Source of the DNA: Raillietiella orientalis
Lineage: Eukaryota
Reading direction: 5' to 3'
Assembly: GCA_036172245.1 (NCBI GenBank)
Contig: JAYWIR010000001.1
Coordinates: 11,904,001-11,968,000, forward strand
DNA: 64,000 nt
Shown: piece by piece, positions 1-12,755 of the stretch
Layout of the letters: the number at the start of each line of letters is the position of its first letter
Numbering within the stretch: position 1 is the first letter of the stretch
Notes under the pieces: model-generated
Seen by the model: only the letters and a program-made list of their open reading frames with translations
Database searches by the model: none
What the model was told of the DNA's origin: nothing
Made by a program: the position numbers and the translations under genes

Positions 1-1087
1 TTATGAAACCTTGTTCTTTCCTCTCAATATCGCTCTAAAGTCAGAATTCTCATGCATGCGCACCTGCCTACAGGTTCTGTTAAAAATTCGGAAGGACTTT
101 GCGGCTGCGGATGCCCTTTGAAAACAGTGCGATCATCGGTGATACAAAAACAAAAACTGTCACGCATAGGCATTTAAATAAACACCACCATTCACAACTC
201 CTCAGAGACGAATCAACAGCGAATCGGGGGCTGGCGGGCAGGTAGCAGCAAATTAGGGATAGCGAGGGGGGGGGGGGGAGGACGTTCGATCAAAATCAGC
301 TATCCAGGAACTGTAGAAGTAATCCGCATCTGCAGATCGCAAATCACTTCCACGGTGTTATGGGTGGCAAAAGCTTAACATGATCAAATGAGCAACGCTG
401 CTTCAACGTAATGTTTTCTTTCCTCACATCTCGAACACTAGGAACCAACTCTGCCACGACACTCCTCTCGGACATTTCCTGAATCCCAGAGCTAGCGCGA
501 TTTCGACTGCAAAAACGCTAACCGTCCCCCCCTCCCCGCGCTCGTTCTTGAGGTCTTGAAATGAAATTTAAACACGACATTTGGTTGCTGGAAAAAAATA
601 AATAAATAAATGCATCTCGCGCGGGCGCGCGGCGTTTCCCCCCCCCCCTTTTTCGGGCTCTCGTACGCCTCGTTGTTGGCAGGGGTGCCATCAGCAGAAC
701 CGCGGTGGTTGTCCTTCTGGTTCACGGAGTGGCGACGGGTTCACACAATTTCCACTCGTATGGAACACGTTGTTACGGTAGCGTAATTTCATTTCTGTCA
801 CGACAACTGCACGCACGAAGCAGACGATAATGCACAGTTTTACTGGAGCCAAAAAACAAGCAAATATTATAGCACTCGCGGAACGAAAAGCTGCGCCGCC
901 ATGTCACGAGATTACGCTAATTCCTTATCACACAAAATACACATTCACTGGAGCATAATATGCACCTACACTCATGTACACGTTTACAGCCTCTGAAGAG
1001 GCATGCACGGAAAGCTGAAAATAATCCGCTCACGATCTGCAGCTTCCTTCATTATCGGCGAAACCAGAATCTTCTATTTCTGTTCAG

Positions 1088-1274
1088 GATAATCCATCAG
1101 AGTAGAGGAATCAATCTTACGAAGGTGAATGCTGTGTCTTCCCATATTGGGCTTCCAGCCGCAAGAATTCCCAGTGGTGAAAGTCTAATTGCTGGGGGTG
1201 CGGTAACACCTTTTGGAGATCTGGTAGATTTAGCTACAAAGAAGAACCAGAACAATGAATTTTTTCCTAAGTAA
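1088..1274 (+). CDS. possible terminal coding exon of an unidentified gene
   Basis: Pyrimidine-rich acceptor (tctatttctgttcag|G) followed by an open frame IIHQSRGINLTKVNAVSSHIGLPAARIPSGESLIAGGAVTPFGDLVDLATKKNQNNEFFPK* and a downstream ATTAAA (~1331). No family recognised. Confidence 0.25.
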
Positions 1275-3137
1275 TCAGCCCAACCAACCAATCATCTAAG
1301 AAGGTGGACAGTTAACGAGGAGTCTGACTCATTAAAACCCAAACTGATTCGCCTCCATTATAAATATTTAATGTAAAAGCATTTCGTCTCAGCAACTGTG
1401 AAGGTCTCTTTAAGTCATGCACTGTATCTTCAGCACGACATTGTATGTCTACCCTCATGTATATTTTATTTCGCCATCGCATACTGTATTGGAATCACAT
1501 TACATTAAAATCCCTTGACCTATGTGGCAGCGTTCCTCAGATCGCCTAAATTTTCCTTTTTTTTTTGCATGAATTCAAAAACTTATCGACCAGCATCACG
1601 ATGCTTTCTTAATTTTTTTTGGCATAACGATCTCATGGTCTTCGATGGAATTTTACGATTCCAACTACAAAGTTTTGGCGGCAACACACAGAAGTACGAA
1701 AGGCATAAATACGCAATCGCAGCTGCCGCGGGAAAAATGGTAATTTTTCTTTTTTTACGTGCTGCATGTTTTCTTTCTGTGATTTAGGTTTTCCTAAAGC
1801 CGCGTGCATTCAAAAATCAATTTTAAAGAAGCGGAGGGCAATAGACTCGAAGGTGATGATACAATGTATTACATCGTGCCACAAGAAGTATTACATGGTA
1901 CTCTGACTGTCATAATTGTTTCTGTTGGAACAAAGAGTGTCCCTGGCTTCTTTCGCGCCATTGTGTGTTTTCAAGAAAATCATCTCATTAATGCAATAAG
2001 ATAGTCCAAATCTCATTAAGATGTAGTGACTGCGAGGCACACCGAAAATCCACAAGGGGAAATCCTCTAAAATGGAAAACTAAAAATGAAAAACACCCTT
2101 ATTTGAACTTCCAGCAACAATTCTTTATTGTCCCCTAGTTTTTTCCACAAATTACTTCAATTACATTAGAGATCACTTGAAATATATGGTGGGCATGTGA
2201 CTTTTCTTCTTAACTTGAAGTTTCCATTTAGCTGGTAATCTGCAAAGGCCATCATAAAATCTAGATGTGCACTTCCACATCTAAAGATTCATTGAACATG
2301 TTACAAGTATAAGTAAGTAAGTTCCAATTTACTGATATTGCTTTAAAATGCTTGCTTCTGTTGTTGCACTTACCAGTGCAAGCATTCATAATCCTGGAGC
2401 TTACTTACATTTCATCAGTCAGCATAATTCTTGGCTGTACACAGCTGAATTGAAAGGTTCAATCGCTATTTCCTAACTGAAAAGCTAAAACTCTGTTAAG
2501 GGATGAGCATAAAAAAATGTGAACAGTGCAGCACACATGGTTGAATCCATTACTTCAACATTCTGATGATTGAACAAGGCATTCACATTCCACCAGATCA
2601 CTTGCTTTTTTGTACATTTAAGAATCCACTCTCAGTATGCTTTTCTGGTGAAAGGCAGGAGGTCCAAGTGTCCTACCATTTCCATTTCGTTTCCTCCTTT
2701 GCCACTGATGCTGCTTTGCCATCCGTGTTCTTCACCAAGTCCTCAGTACTTCTTTCTTTTAAATGATTTTTCTCTTGCTTCATAAGATGTACAGTATTTG
2801 GTTTAAACCATGATACATCTTGTTTGCATAATCACAAGTCTAAAATTAGAATATTTCTAGAACATCTTGGCATAGCAAAACAACTACAAGTCACGCATGA
2901 ATTTACCTTTCAGAGAAGGAAACTGCCCAAGAATCCTTATTTATGTTAGAAGAATTACAGATTCTTGAACCCTCAACCATGTGTACAAACATCCATCACT
3001 TTGGATTCTTGGGAGATAACCTTTTTTTTCGTTTTTTTTTTTTTTTTTTTCAATAACAGAACAAATGATATGAAAGTGGTGTTCTTTATTGAGGATCTGA
3101 ATGGAACAATAAACAAATGTGAATGAATGGTCCCAAA

Positions 3138-4486
3138 TTAAATTTCCTGCTTTACAACAATCACACCGGGACGGTTACTTAAGATCGAGGTTGCAAATCG
3201 CGTGTCTCCATTATCAGCGCTACTTTTCAGTAAAGATAAGGTATCTGTTCGTGTGGTCAGTTCGAGAGGGCTGTCCTGTGTTTCAGGGTCTACTACTTCT
3301 TCGTGAACCACACCTTCATCACTAAACAGATGATCTCCTTCCAAATGTTTAATCGCTTCCACAATTGTCTCCAGGTTTTGGCGGGAAGTATTCGCAACGT
3401 ATATAGTATGCGAATTCGGGCCGACACTCTCTTGGGTAATAGTCACGCTGGTGTTTGCGGGAACTTGATTGAGGGCCGTTCCCGTGTTAATGGCAGCTTC
3501 CAATATACCAGGGAGTCGGTCCGGCAAAACGTTTTCTGGCGCGATAACAACCGTTTGCCCATCCGGACTGTTGGCTTCTGCCTGCAAGTTCGAACGAAAC
3601 TTCCAAGTAAAGGCAATACACAAACCGTGCGAGAAATTTACTTACGCTAAAGTCTTTCGCTTGTTTCTTATATTGGATATGTAATTGCGTTGACCTATTA
3701 ACGTAGGTTTGCAGTTTTTCCTCCGACAGCAAACGCTGACGACGTTCGTTTTCCAGCTGCGAGCGCAAGTCCAGCAGCTCTTCTTTCAGGTCCTCCCAGA
3801 GGCTGGAGTTTCGCGACTCGAAACTGTTGGGTTGCACGAACAGAAACTCTGAAGAATCGTCTGGGCGACCTTCAGTGTCTTGCCGGACGACGGCAACCTC
3901 CCTCCCTCCCTCCCTCCCCCCCCCCCCCCGCATGCTGCTGCTGCTCTGACACATACCGTTCTTCCTGTGCTTCGACATCGGGGATTCAACCGACTCGTCC
4001 TGAGCGGCGAAGTGCTGCTTCTGCAGCAGGCGTTTCAGGTGGCAGTTCTGCGTCAAGAGTTTCGTCTTCTCCTGCTCGAGCTGATACACGTATTCCGCGG
4101 TGTGCTGCAGAATCGAAGCCTGCAAGGGATGGAGAGAACCGGCACGTTAGATCCCTCCATGTTGATGTTTTCGGGCGCGAACGATCGATCGGCGTGCAAC
4201 CTTGACATTACAGCTGACGCGGACTCAAGCGCATAAATGGGCGCGGTAACACTACCGGTTTCCATTACAACCACCACCACCACCACCACCACCACCACCA
4301 CCACCCTTTCATCGACAAACCTTGCTCAATTTTTCACCCTCGTGCTTCGGAAGCAAAGAACGTAAGGACTGAAATCCTGCATTGATACTCTGCATTCTTC
4401 TTCTCTCGTTCGAATTCGCGATCTGCCTACGTAACTTCTTTTCTTGCTCCATTTGGGTTCTCGGAGATGCCGAATGGGAACTTAAT
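3138..4486 (-). CDS. TFAP4: transcription factor AP-4 (bHLH-ZIP; Drosophila cropped orthologue), multi-exon
   Basis: Exons ~4486-4321, 4119-3957, 3878-3646 and 3581-3138 have GT-AG borders in compatible phase. They encode RRQIANSNERRRMQSINAGFQSLRSLLPKHEGEKLSK|ASILQHTAEYVYQLEQEKTKLL (AP-4 bHLH-ZIP) and the AP-4 C-terminal motif TSRQNLETIVEAIKHLEG. The 5'-most exon(s), possibly ~4630-4730 and ~5345-5380, are not resolved. Confidence 0.93.
4270..4305. repeat. (ACC)n microsatellite in a TFAP4 intron
   Basis: Directly visible accaccacc run. Confidence 0.9.
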
Positions 4487-6496
4487 CTTTATTTTTTTTG
4501 GTGAAAAGATGGAAGGAAAGGAAGAAAAAAAAAAGCTAGTATGGAGACATATAATGAAAAAAAAAAAGATGCGAAAGTCAAACTAAGTTTATTTTGAGCA
4601 ACTGACCTTAACAAAGTGCTAACTGTATTTGTGTCCTTTTCATTATCAACACATATAACTTCTTGATTTAGTTTATTCGCTTTATTGTGGAAGATGAGTG
4701 TTTCGACAGCCGCATCAGAACTTGCTACATATCCTCTCATCTTACTGTGTTTTCCCCACAAACTCAAAGTGATAGTTCATTCACATTGCGAAAAACACAC
4801 ACCAAAACAAAAAAAAAACAAAAACAAAAAAAAAAAAAAAAAAAAAAAAAAGGAAAATTGGGATCCTAGCAATTATTTTCAAGCTATGTGGCTCATACTC
4901 AGAAGCCCAAGTATTCCGGTGGGTTTGCGACTCGTAATTCACCACAATTTTTCAAAACTTTCATAACAGCAACACTACTCAGCCTACGAGCTGATCACAT
5001 GGGAATATTCACTATGGCGTCGGTTGGCGGGAAACAGCTGTCTGGGATCATGCGAATTCATGTTCCTCCTCGCGACCGGACTTTCCCCATATTTGCAGCA
5101 ATTGGGTTCGCAGAAAATTCTTCGTATCCCCCACCGAGTGCAAGGAATATCGTTATGGATTCCGTAAAGATATCATTTCCTGACATTCCGCCTACGGAAA
5201 GATAAATCATTAATCTGGCACTACTTTACTAGGCTCCGGAACAACATTACGCTACGATGCACGAAACTTCGCTTGAACGACTCAAGAATTTCAAATTCTG
5301 TGCACCGGTTACGATTTATACGTAGTTGTAAGTCAGCTGATACCTCCGTTGAGCAATGTCAGTAGATGGTACTCATCCATTGATGCATCACAAAGTCTGC
5401 TCGAAAAAGCCAGCACAGAGCAGGAGTTGGCCGACCAAGTAATCATTATAGTATTTATTTCGAAATTCTTTGCCGTCCGACTTTGCAAAAAGTGTCGGTG
5501 TGGTTCGTTTCCAACGAAAAATTTTCTTTGCCCGACTTTTTTTTTTTTTTTTCCTTTCTTTCTCCCTCCGTGGGGGTGAACCGAATTTTCTCCTGCCGGG
5601 CACGGTGATGGGGGAGGGGAGGGGGTATATGCTGCTGCTGCACTTTGATTTTTTCTGTTTTGTCCAGTTTTGGTTCCTGAAGTGTGTAACAGGACCTTTG
5701 CCGGATTTGGGATGTTTGGAGAGCCGGGGGAGGGGGTTGAAATGTAGTGCAATTGGCGTTTCGGGATCGACCTGACCATCGTCAAGGGCGTTTTTTTTTT
5801 TATTATTTGGTTTCGGGAACCGGCACCCATTCACCAGAAATCGTGGAAAACACCTTAAAAAAACACGGAAAAGTTTTTTTTTTTTTTTTTTTTTTTTTTA
5901 GGCGTATTGTCAATCGGCTAAAATTCATCGACTTTTTTCGTCACCGGCTCTAAAACCTGCGATTTTTTTTGTGTGTTCCCATTGCTGTCTTTCAAAGTGC
6001 TGCCACAAGAATAAGCAACGCGTCTGACGGGGGGTCGGGGGGGGGGCTTCATCGTTGCGGAAGAATCAAAGATGCTCGCGCGCCGTTCGGAAAGACACGG
6101 GTAGGAAGGAGTCATGAATCCGGCAGTCTTGACCGCAAATGCCATTTCTTCTGAAACGAGGTGAATTCATGACCCCGGAGGGGCACATGAAAGTGAGAGG
6201 GCAAATTCAGATGAGACACGGTCGATTCAGGGAACTTTCGGGCAGATGTTCTCCCCCTCCCTCGCCCCCAAAAAAACCGTCACGAAAACGACTGCAGCTT
6301 TGTTCCAAAAGTCTGTTTTCTGAATTATGTCCTGTGGCATTCTTGTGAACACTGACCAAAAGTATCGTGGTCATGCGAATCTTTTTTTTTTTCCACAGGA
6401 GTAAAATCCATATTTTTAAGTAACAGTAAGCATTGATTATATATGAAAGCAAACAGTAAATCCACAGTAAGCTGTGAAATTTTCTATAACTTCTGT

Positions 6497-6536
<40 letters not shown>
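6497..6536. repeat. compound (AC)n(AT)n microsatellite
   Basis: Directly visible. Confidence 0.9.
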
Positions 6537-8479
6537 TCATATAAGAAACAAACAAACAAACAAGCACAATGAGGTACAAAGTATGTGAATTATCATTCAT
6601 TTTAGTATTTATGCAACACAATCAAGCTTCTTGCATCATCATCATAGATTCCAAGTTTTAAACAGTTCTGAACAAACAAAACGAAATTTTCCTATGAGAC
6701 TGATCAGTGTTAAAAGTGAAAATTATTATTTTCTTTATTTCAACAATTTCCCTTTTGAAAGACAGGAAGCGAAAACGTTTAGAAACTCTGTGGTTAAGAT
6801 GGGCACTCTGTGGCATATATGAAGTTGTATGAAGAAGAACTGTTCACCTTTGAATGATTCTTAATGACTATTGACCTAGTATCCACTTTATATCTGTTAT
6901 CTAAATGTCCACATTTATGAGATACCACTGATTATTAGATTCAAGGGGTAAAACACATCCAGGTCAATATTGAAGGCATGAACTGTTTCGGTATAGCATG
7001 TGGTAACTGAATATATAAAATTTTTGTTTTGAAAACAAGAGATAGAAATGTATGTTACATGCAGCTTATAAAACTCAATAATTCTGTTTAAATGTTTTTT
7101 TTTTTTTTATTTGATTCATGAATGAATCTCATGGCATCATAATCAGAACAGTCAAGTAAAGTGACACGGATTTCATTCAGAATTCTTATCAAACGTGAAA
7201 ACTTGAACTTTTTTCCCCCCTCCCCCCCAAATGCTGTTGTGGTAATTGAGCTCTGCTTTTGTGCACATACAGTAATGAGATGCAAAGTTCGAAAAATCCG
7301 GATTTTTAACTGTTTTACACTGCACTGTTAACCTTAGCTTTAATAGATGTTATAATAAAAATTGACTTCATGATATGCTTAAGGATGAAAGGTACATGGT
7401 GTTGGGTTTCATTGGAAAGCACGCATGGAAACGCAGCTCACTGCAAGTCAGAACAATTATGAATGATTTCCGTTGGTTTGTGAATGTCGAGAATTTCAAG
7501 TGTAACCTGCAAGATTCAGAATGCAAGTGGGAAAATTTTTTTCCACTTACTTGCAATGGCTGCTTGCAGCTCCCTGGGCTGCTGCTTCCCATCTTTTCCT
7601 GCGGAGTCACACAAAACAATCCTGCAGGCTCTCCTGAGTCAAGTTGAGAGGCCTCCCTTATCCAGTCTGCTGCTTTCACACGTTGCAGACCGTTTGCCAT
7701 TTACACGTTATTTGGCAAGAAGGTGGCTCATTGCTGCGGCCAAAGCAAGTTTCGGCACGGGTCGTCACTTTGCACAAAAACACAAAAATTCCACAATTCA
7801 CAGGGCACATGGATCCTCTTTGCACACACTTCCATTTTATCGAAAGCTGGGGGCAACACACTAATTTGCACATTCTTTGAACCATCGTACCACGGAACGA
7901 GCACGAAGAAATCTACACTGCTACCTGTACTGGGAAAAAAGGTGCACACGTATGTCTAAGCGAAACGTTGTATTTGCTCAATGAGTACAAACACAATTGC
8001 ATTTGCTAAATGTGCTCGAAGGTGCAAACACGTAACGTTAATCGTACGAAACAGTGTGGGCTTGTCGCTCCTGCCTACACAAGTTTTATCGAAAGGAAAC
8101 ACAAAGTGAATCCACAAGCTACTTCTGTCTTCAGGAAGTGACACGGCGAAAGCAGATTTCTTTATTCGACGGATGGCATTCCATTTCCTTGGCTTCTGAC
8201 ACCAAAGGAAGCATCGGCAGAGGTGGAGACGTTACATGCTTTTTAGAAACTAGCTGCAGTCTTCAAGGAGAGACCTCAGAATGTCATTTTCTTTCACTTG
8301 TCTTTGCTTTGATGGAAAACTCTTCCAGCACATAAACACATGAGAACCTCAACGCACGGTGGACAACGGAAGGATGCATTCCTAGGTTTTATTTAAGCAA
8401 TGCCTTCATTCACATGGGAGTTCGTTACCGGGAAAGGCCCAACGAAACTGATGCACCCCGACCCTCCCCCCCTGCTTTT

Positions 8480-8641
8480 GTAGATAGTAATTTTTTTTAT
8501 TTCTGTTTGTCCCTTCCCCCTCCGCTGCCGAGTCGATCCTCGCCGGCGTACGTGCAGGTCACTCGGCAAGTTCCAATTTTGTTTTGGGACGTTGTAGTAG
8601 GGCTTATGGCCCTACACATGTATGTTGATTCGGAGAATAAA
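8480..8641 (+). mobile_element. isolated 3' end (3' UTR) of a Tx1/L1-like LINE
   Basis: ttctgtttgtcccttccccctccgctgccgag...ctcgccggcgtacgtgcaggtcactcggcaagttcc...gtagggcttatggccctac...aataaa matches the reverse complement of 59970-60110, which follows a zf-RVT-like ORF2 end. Confidence 0.55.
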
Positions 8642-11600
8642 CCGGGTGTGAAACGAAACTAATGCACTGCACTTTATTCCGGTGGACTCTGTCCGTCTTT
8701 GTACTACATTTGGATGGGTCTTGGAAAAGGTGAATGAGATTTCTCAGAACACTCTGTATACTTACTGGGCTGATGTTTCTGGTCTTTTCACAACACTTTG
8801 CAGGTCCGTTTTATTTTTTCTGCGCTTTCATCAGTTATTTTTAATCTATTTACATGTTTCGAGACAATCTGGTTTCCTTTCCTCTTCTGTTAAAAAGGGG
8901 AGAGGGAGAGAAAGAGAAATGCCTAACGTGGTTTATACCTTCTATGAGAATGTTCCATTATTCCCTGTCTGTTCTAATTGGGAACTTGAATATGTGTTCG
9001 AGTATGCACCTTCAGGCCACGGTGGAGTTGCTTTGGTGTGTATTCAGGATTTCATGAAGTACTGATCTAAACATTGGCATTTCGGGTCAGCCGAATGCTC
9101 CTTATGGCTACTGTAGTGCATGTGTGAAACTTTCCAGCATCTAAGCAAGACTCATCTTCGTCAACTAGATGACCAGCTCTTTTCAGCTTCGTGCCTCAAC
9201 CCGTTTAGAACCAATGTACAGAGTTCGAAGATTGTTTCCCGAAAACATCTCGCGTCTGTTCCTGAACGAGCGAGGCACACAAACCTCGCACAGTTTTCTT
9301 TTGCCATTCACGAATTTCTTATCTCGTATCATATTATTATGGAATTCCTAAATAAACATTCAAAGAAGACATATGGGTTCCAGTTTAACGCTTCTAGGAT
9401 TGGATCCGAACAATGCAGCAAGCGAAAATCGTGAATGCAAGTAAGCTGCAAAACAAACAAATGCAACAGTAAACTGAGTGTACACAGTATCAGAAGGTTT
9501 TGTGTCGAATGAGCATGGAAATATGAGATTCACTCAGGAGTTCGGAACGAGTGCATTCGTTGTTGTTTCACGTGTTTGTTCTTTAAGGTCGAGCACATCC
9601 TGACGTCCGTTAAGACAAATCTAGGATGTCAAGGTGACGGACTTTGTCTACCATTGGAAATTTAGCTTTGATCCCTTCAACGGACCACGAAGGAAAGCGA
9701 AGAGTCGAGTTGTACCGGATGAATTTCTTCCTAATCTGGAGTGTTCTGATGAAATGGAACTCAGAGTACAAGTACTTCTTGGCATTGAGCACCAATAGTC
9801 ACCAATATTCTCGAACATACGGTATTCTTAGGGAACAAACCACAATCAAGAAACTTTTACATCTCTGCCCGACATGCCAAGCTCATCGATTCGCAGTTCA
9901 TTCCTTTTGAATTTTGTCTACGCCCGTATCCACCAAACTGGAAATCAGCCTTAGAAAAGGAAATTCTCCCTGTATTTGTGCTCTTTGGAATCTCTTCCGC
10001 AAAGGAAGGACTGCCAAAAGTTCTCCGACTTTATCCACAAAATCACTGTAAGTTCTTGTTTGCCTTTGAGATTACTTCAATATGACAATCCTTTCGTCGG
10101 GATCAAAGTAGATAACGAAATGACACCAAACGAACAGAGAGCACTTTCAGCACTCGAGAAGTGTTGAAAAGGCTTCAGGCTCAAGAAAAAAGTAAGGACA
10201 ACGAAAACTGAGTCCAGTTGTACACGAATAGATTTCGGAGGCAGGGAATGAGATTCCTGAAGGTGAGATGACACCAAGCTTTACTGCCGTGGAAGCAAAG
10301 AGTCCGAAGTCAGAAGCCATGTGGAAAGGCTTTATGTAAACACTGCCTGCAGGCACCAGCTGAAATGGAAAAAAGGAAAAAGTCGGCCTTGTTCCAGGAG
10401 GACGGTCTTTTCTGAACCAGGGAAGCACGTTTCAAATATTTTAAAGCTTCCTGTTTTAATGGTGACCCTTTGCCACTTGCAAGATTGTATTTCCTTTTCC
10501 TTTTGCGGCCACTGTTCCAAGTCGAAAGTATCTTTCATTGCTTATTTGGCAATGTTCACGTGTTCACGTGCGTTCACTTTATCTGCCACCACGTGCTCAC
10601 TACCTGTCACTTTCGTCTGAAAGTGGCAGAATTGTGGAGATCACTCTTCCAGAAGATAACAAGGCGCTGGTGCCAGTTGGCGGCGGAGGAAGCAAGGACT
10701 CGAGCGCCTATGAAATCAGGCCAGGAAAGGGGAGCTGTTTTCTTGCGGTCACGACAGAACGACTGCTGGGAAGTGTTTGAACACGGGAGGCTCCAGGTGG
10801 ATCCACACACCTCTGTGTAAGCTACACGATTGTGTTCGAGCAGACCTGCAGAAAGGGGGCGCAGTCTCTGGAACTGAAATCCTTCGATGGATGCTAGCGG
10901 TTCGCCTGGTATCCGAGTGTCATCTGCTTTGATGCAGAGGTGCGAGCGATCGTTCAGGAGGACGGTGAGAATCTGTCTTCCAGCTTGATGGGTGATCCGA
11001 AGCAGCCTGCTTCCGGGATCTCACTGGCAGGCCGTCGTCTTCGCTCCCGAGAGTTGCTGTGGAGTTCAGTGTGTTCAGGTGGTTCAGGTGTGTACCGGTG
11101 CTAGTGCGTGAACGGGGGAGGAAGTTCGGGAGTGGTTTTTCATCGTCACCGTCGTTCTGGTCATGTTCGTCTACTGCAACACCGTGGCGCGGCGCAGCGT
11201 CGGCGAGGTGCACACGATTGAAGGTGTTTCTCTGCTTTTCGGAAGAGCCCTTCTCCCTAGGAATGGCTATCGATGTTGTTGTACCGCGGCAGCTACCGTG
11301 GAGAAGCGTAAAAGGATTCCGTCATATCGCGAAGACTCTCGGCTCTTGTGAAGAGATTTCGACCCTCTGCTGCCCCACAGGGTCCCTTTCGTAGAAGGGT
11401 GTAGCAAGCTGACTGTGGGATGCGTCGCCTTTCGTCGATCCCATCCCTTCTGAAGCAGTCCCTACGCAAGGAAGAATTCGAGATGGGACGAAGCGTTCCT
11501 GTTCTAGTGGGACGTTGCCAGAGGCGGGATTGCAGCTCCCACGAAACCCTGGAGTGGTTACACTGAGAGGCAGGCGGCAGCCGGGGAACCCGAAACCGTC

Positions 11601-12755
11601 CCTTAGGACGCCAGGTTGTCAACAGTTTTCGAGAAGTTGAGTTTCGGAAGAGGCGAGAAGAACGCGGATCAAACCGACGTTCCTGGGGCTGCCGTGCACG
11701 AGAACCCTCCTCCATATATGGACCATAAACCATGTGGCAGCAGCGCAGACGTTTCTCGCGGTGGTCACTGAACTGCGAGCAGGCGCGGGCGCCCACTGTT
11801 TCGATTTTTCGGAAGGACATATCTGTCCTCCATGAAGAGCCGCTCGTGACGTTCGCAGGCCGACAGCCTGTCTCATGAAGAAGCAAGCTACCGTCCTTCA
11901 GAGTCGACGACAGCTGACCAGAGCTGGAATCTACAGAACAGCGAAGAAGGAAAACCCTTCCCCGCCCCATTTCCCCAGGCTCGGAAGCCGCGAGAGGCTG
12001 TGTCGAACGCCGCTGCCACCGCCACCGCCGCTGCTGCTGCTGCTTGAGGGTCCGAGGGGCGCTGAAGAGGACTGCCGAGCTCCCAGTCACAGTCAAAGCG
12101 TGAAGCCTTCTCCATCTGGAGGGGGCGGGAAAATCGGGGAAAAACTCGCCTTGTCCACAGCAGCAGGAGTTCCACCTGCCGTGCCGTCAGGGAAGGTCTC
12201 GAGTCTCCGGGCAGAAGCGGGAGAGGAACCCGGTCGCATCCGCATCACCTGACGTCATCCGAGTTTACCGGATCAAGCTCTCCTCGTCCTTCCCTGCGTG
12301 CGTCCCCCGGGCCCGACAAAGCCAAAGTGCCGAGAAGTCGGCTGACGCCCGAGGGTCCACCGGTCCCGGAGTACCCGAGTCCGGAGTTTTTTTTTTTTTT
12401 CCCGACCTCCAGCATCACTTGGGAGGAGGGCTGGGATCGTCCAGGAACGACAGGAGGAAACCCTCCTTCCTTGGGAAGAAAAGGCCGTGCCCTGAGGGAA
12501 GCCGGAGAGGACGCGGCGGTTCTCGCGGGAGCGGGAAAATAGGAAAACCACGTGACCGCGGAGACGCCGAATCCGCCGCGCGTACGCCGCCCACTCCCTC
12601 TGCCCTTGGGGAAGAGGGAACGCACGACGCAGGCGGAGGCGGGAAGGGAAAGCGGCGGCGACAAAGAAAGGGGGGATGGGGAACGCAGCAGCGGCGTCTC
12701 CTCCGAAGGGACAACACTCGAGGTGACGTCACGAGGGGAGAGAAGAACCCTGCCT

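Noticed and set aside
9850..9910. LCPTCQAH as an Erv1/ALR or baculovirus p33 CxxC motif (viral EVE)
   Set aside because: Isolated motif followed quickly by a stop. A different frame here is the better exon candidate, and no other viral genes are nearby.
11200..11800. Gypsy integrase C-terminal-like fragments on the minus strand
   Set aside because: Only vague resemblance; no HHCC or DDE motif could be recovered.
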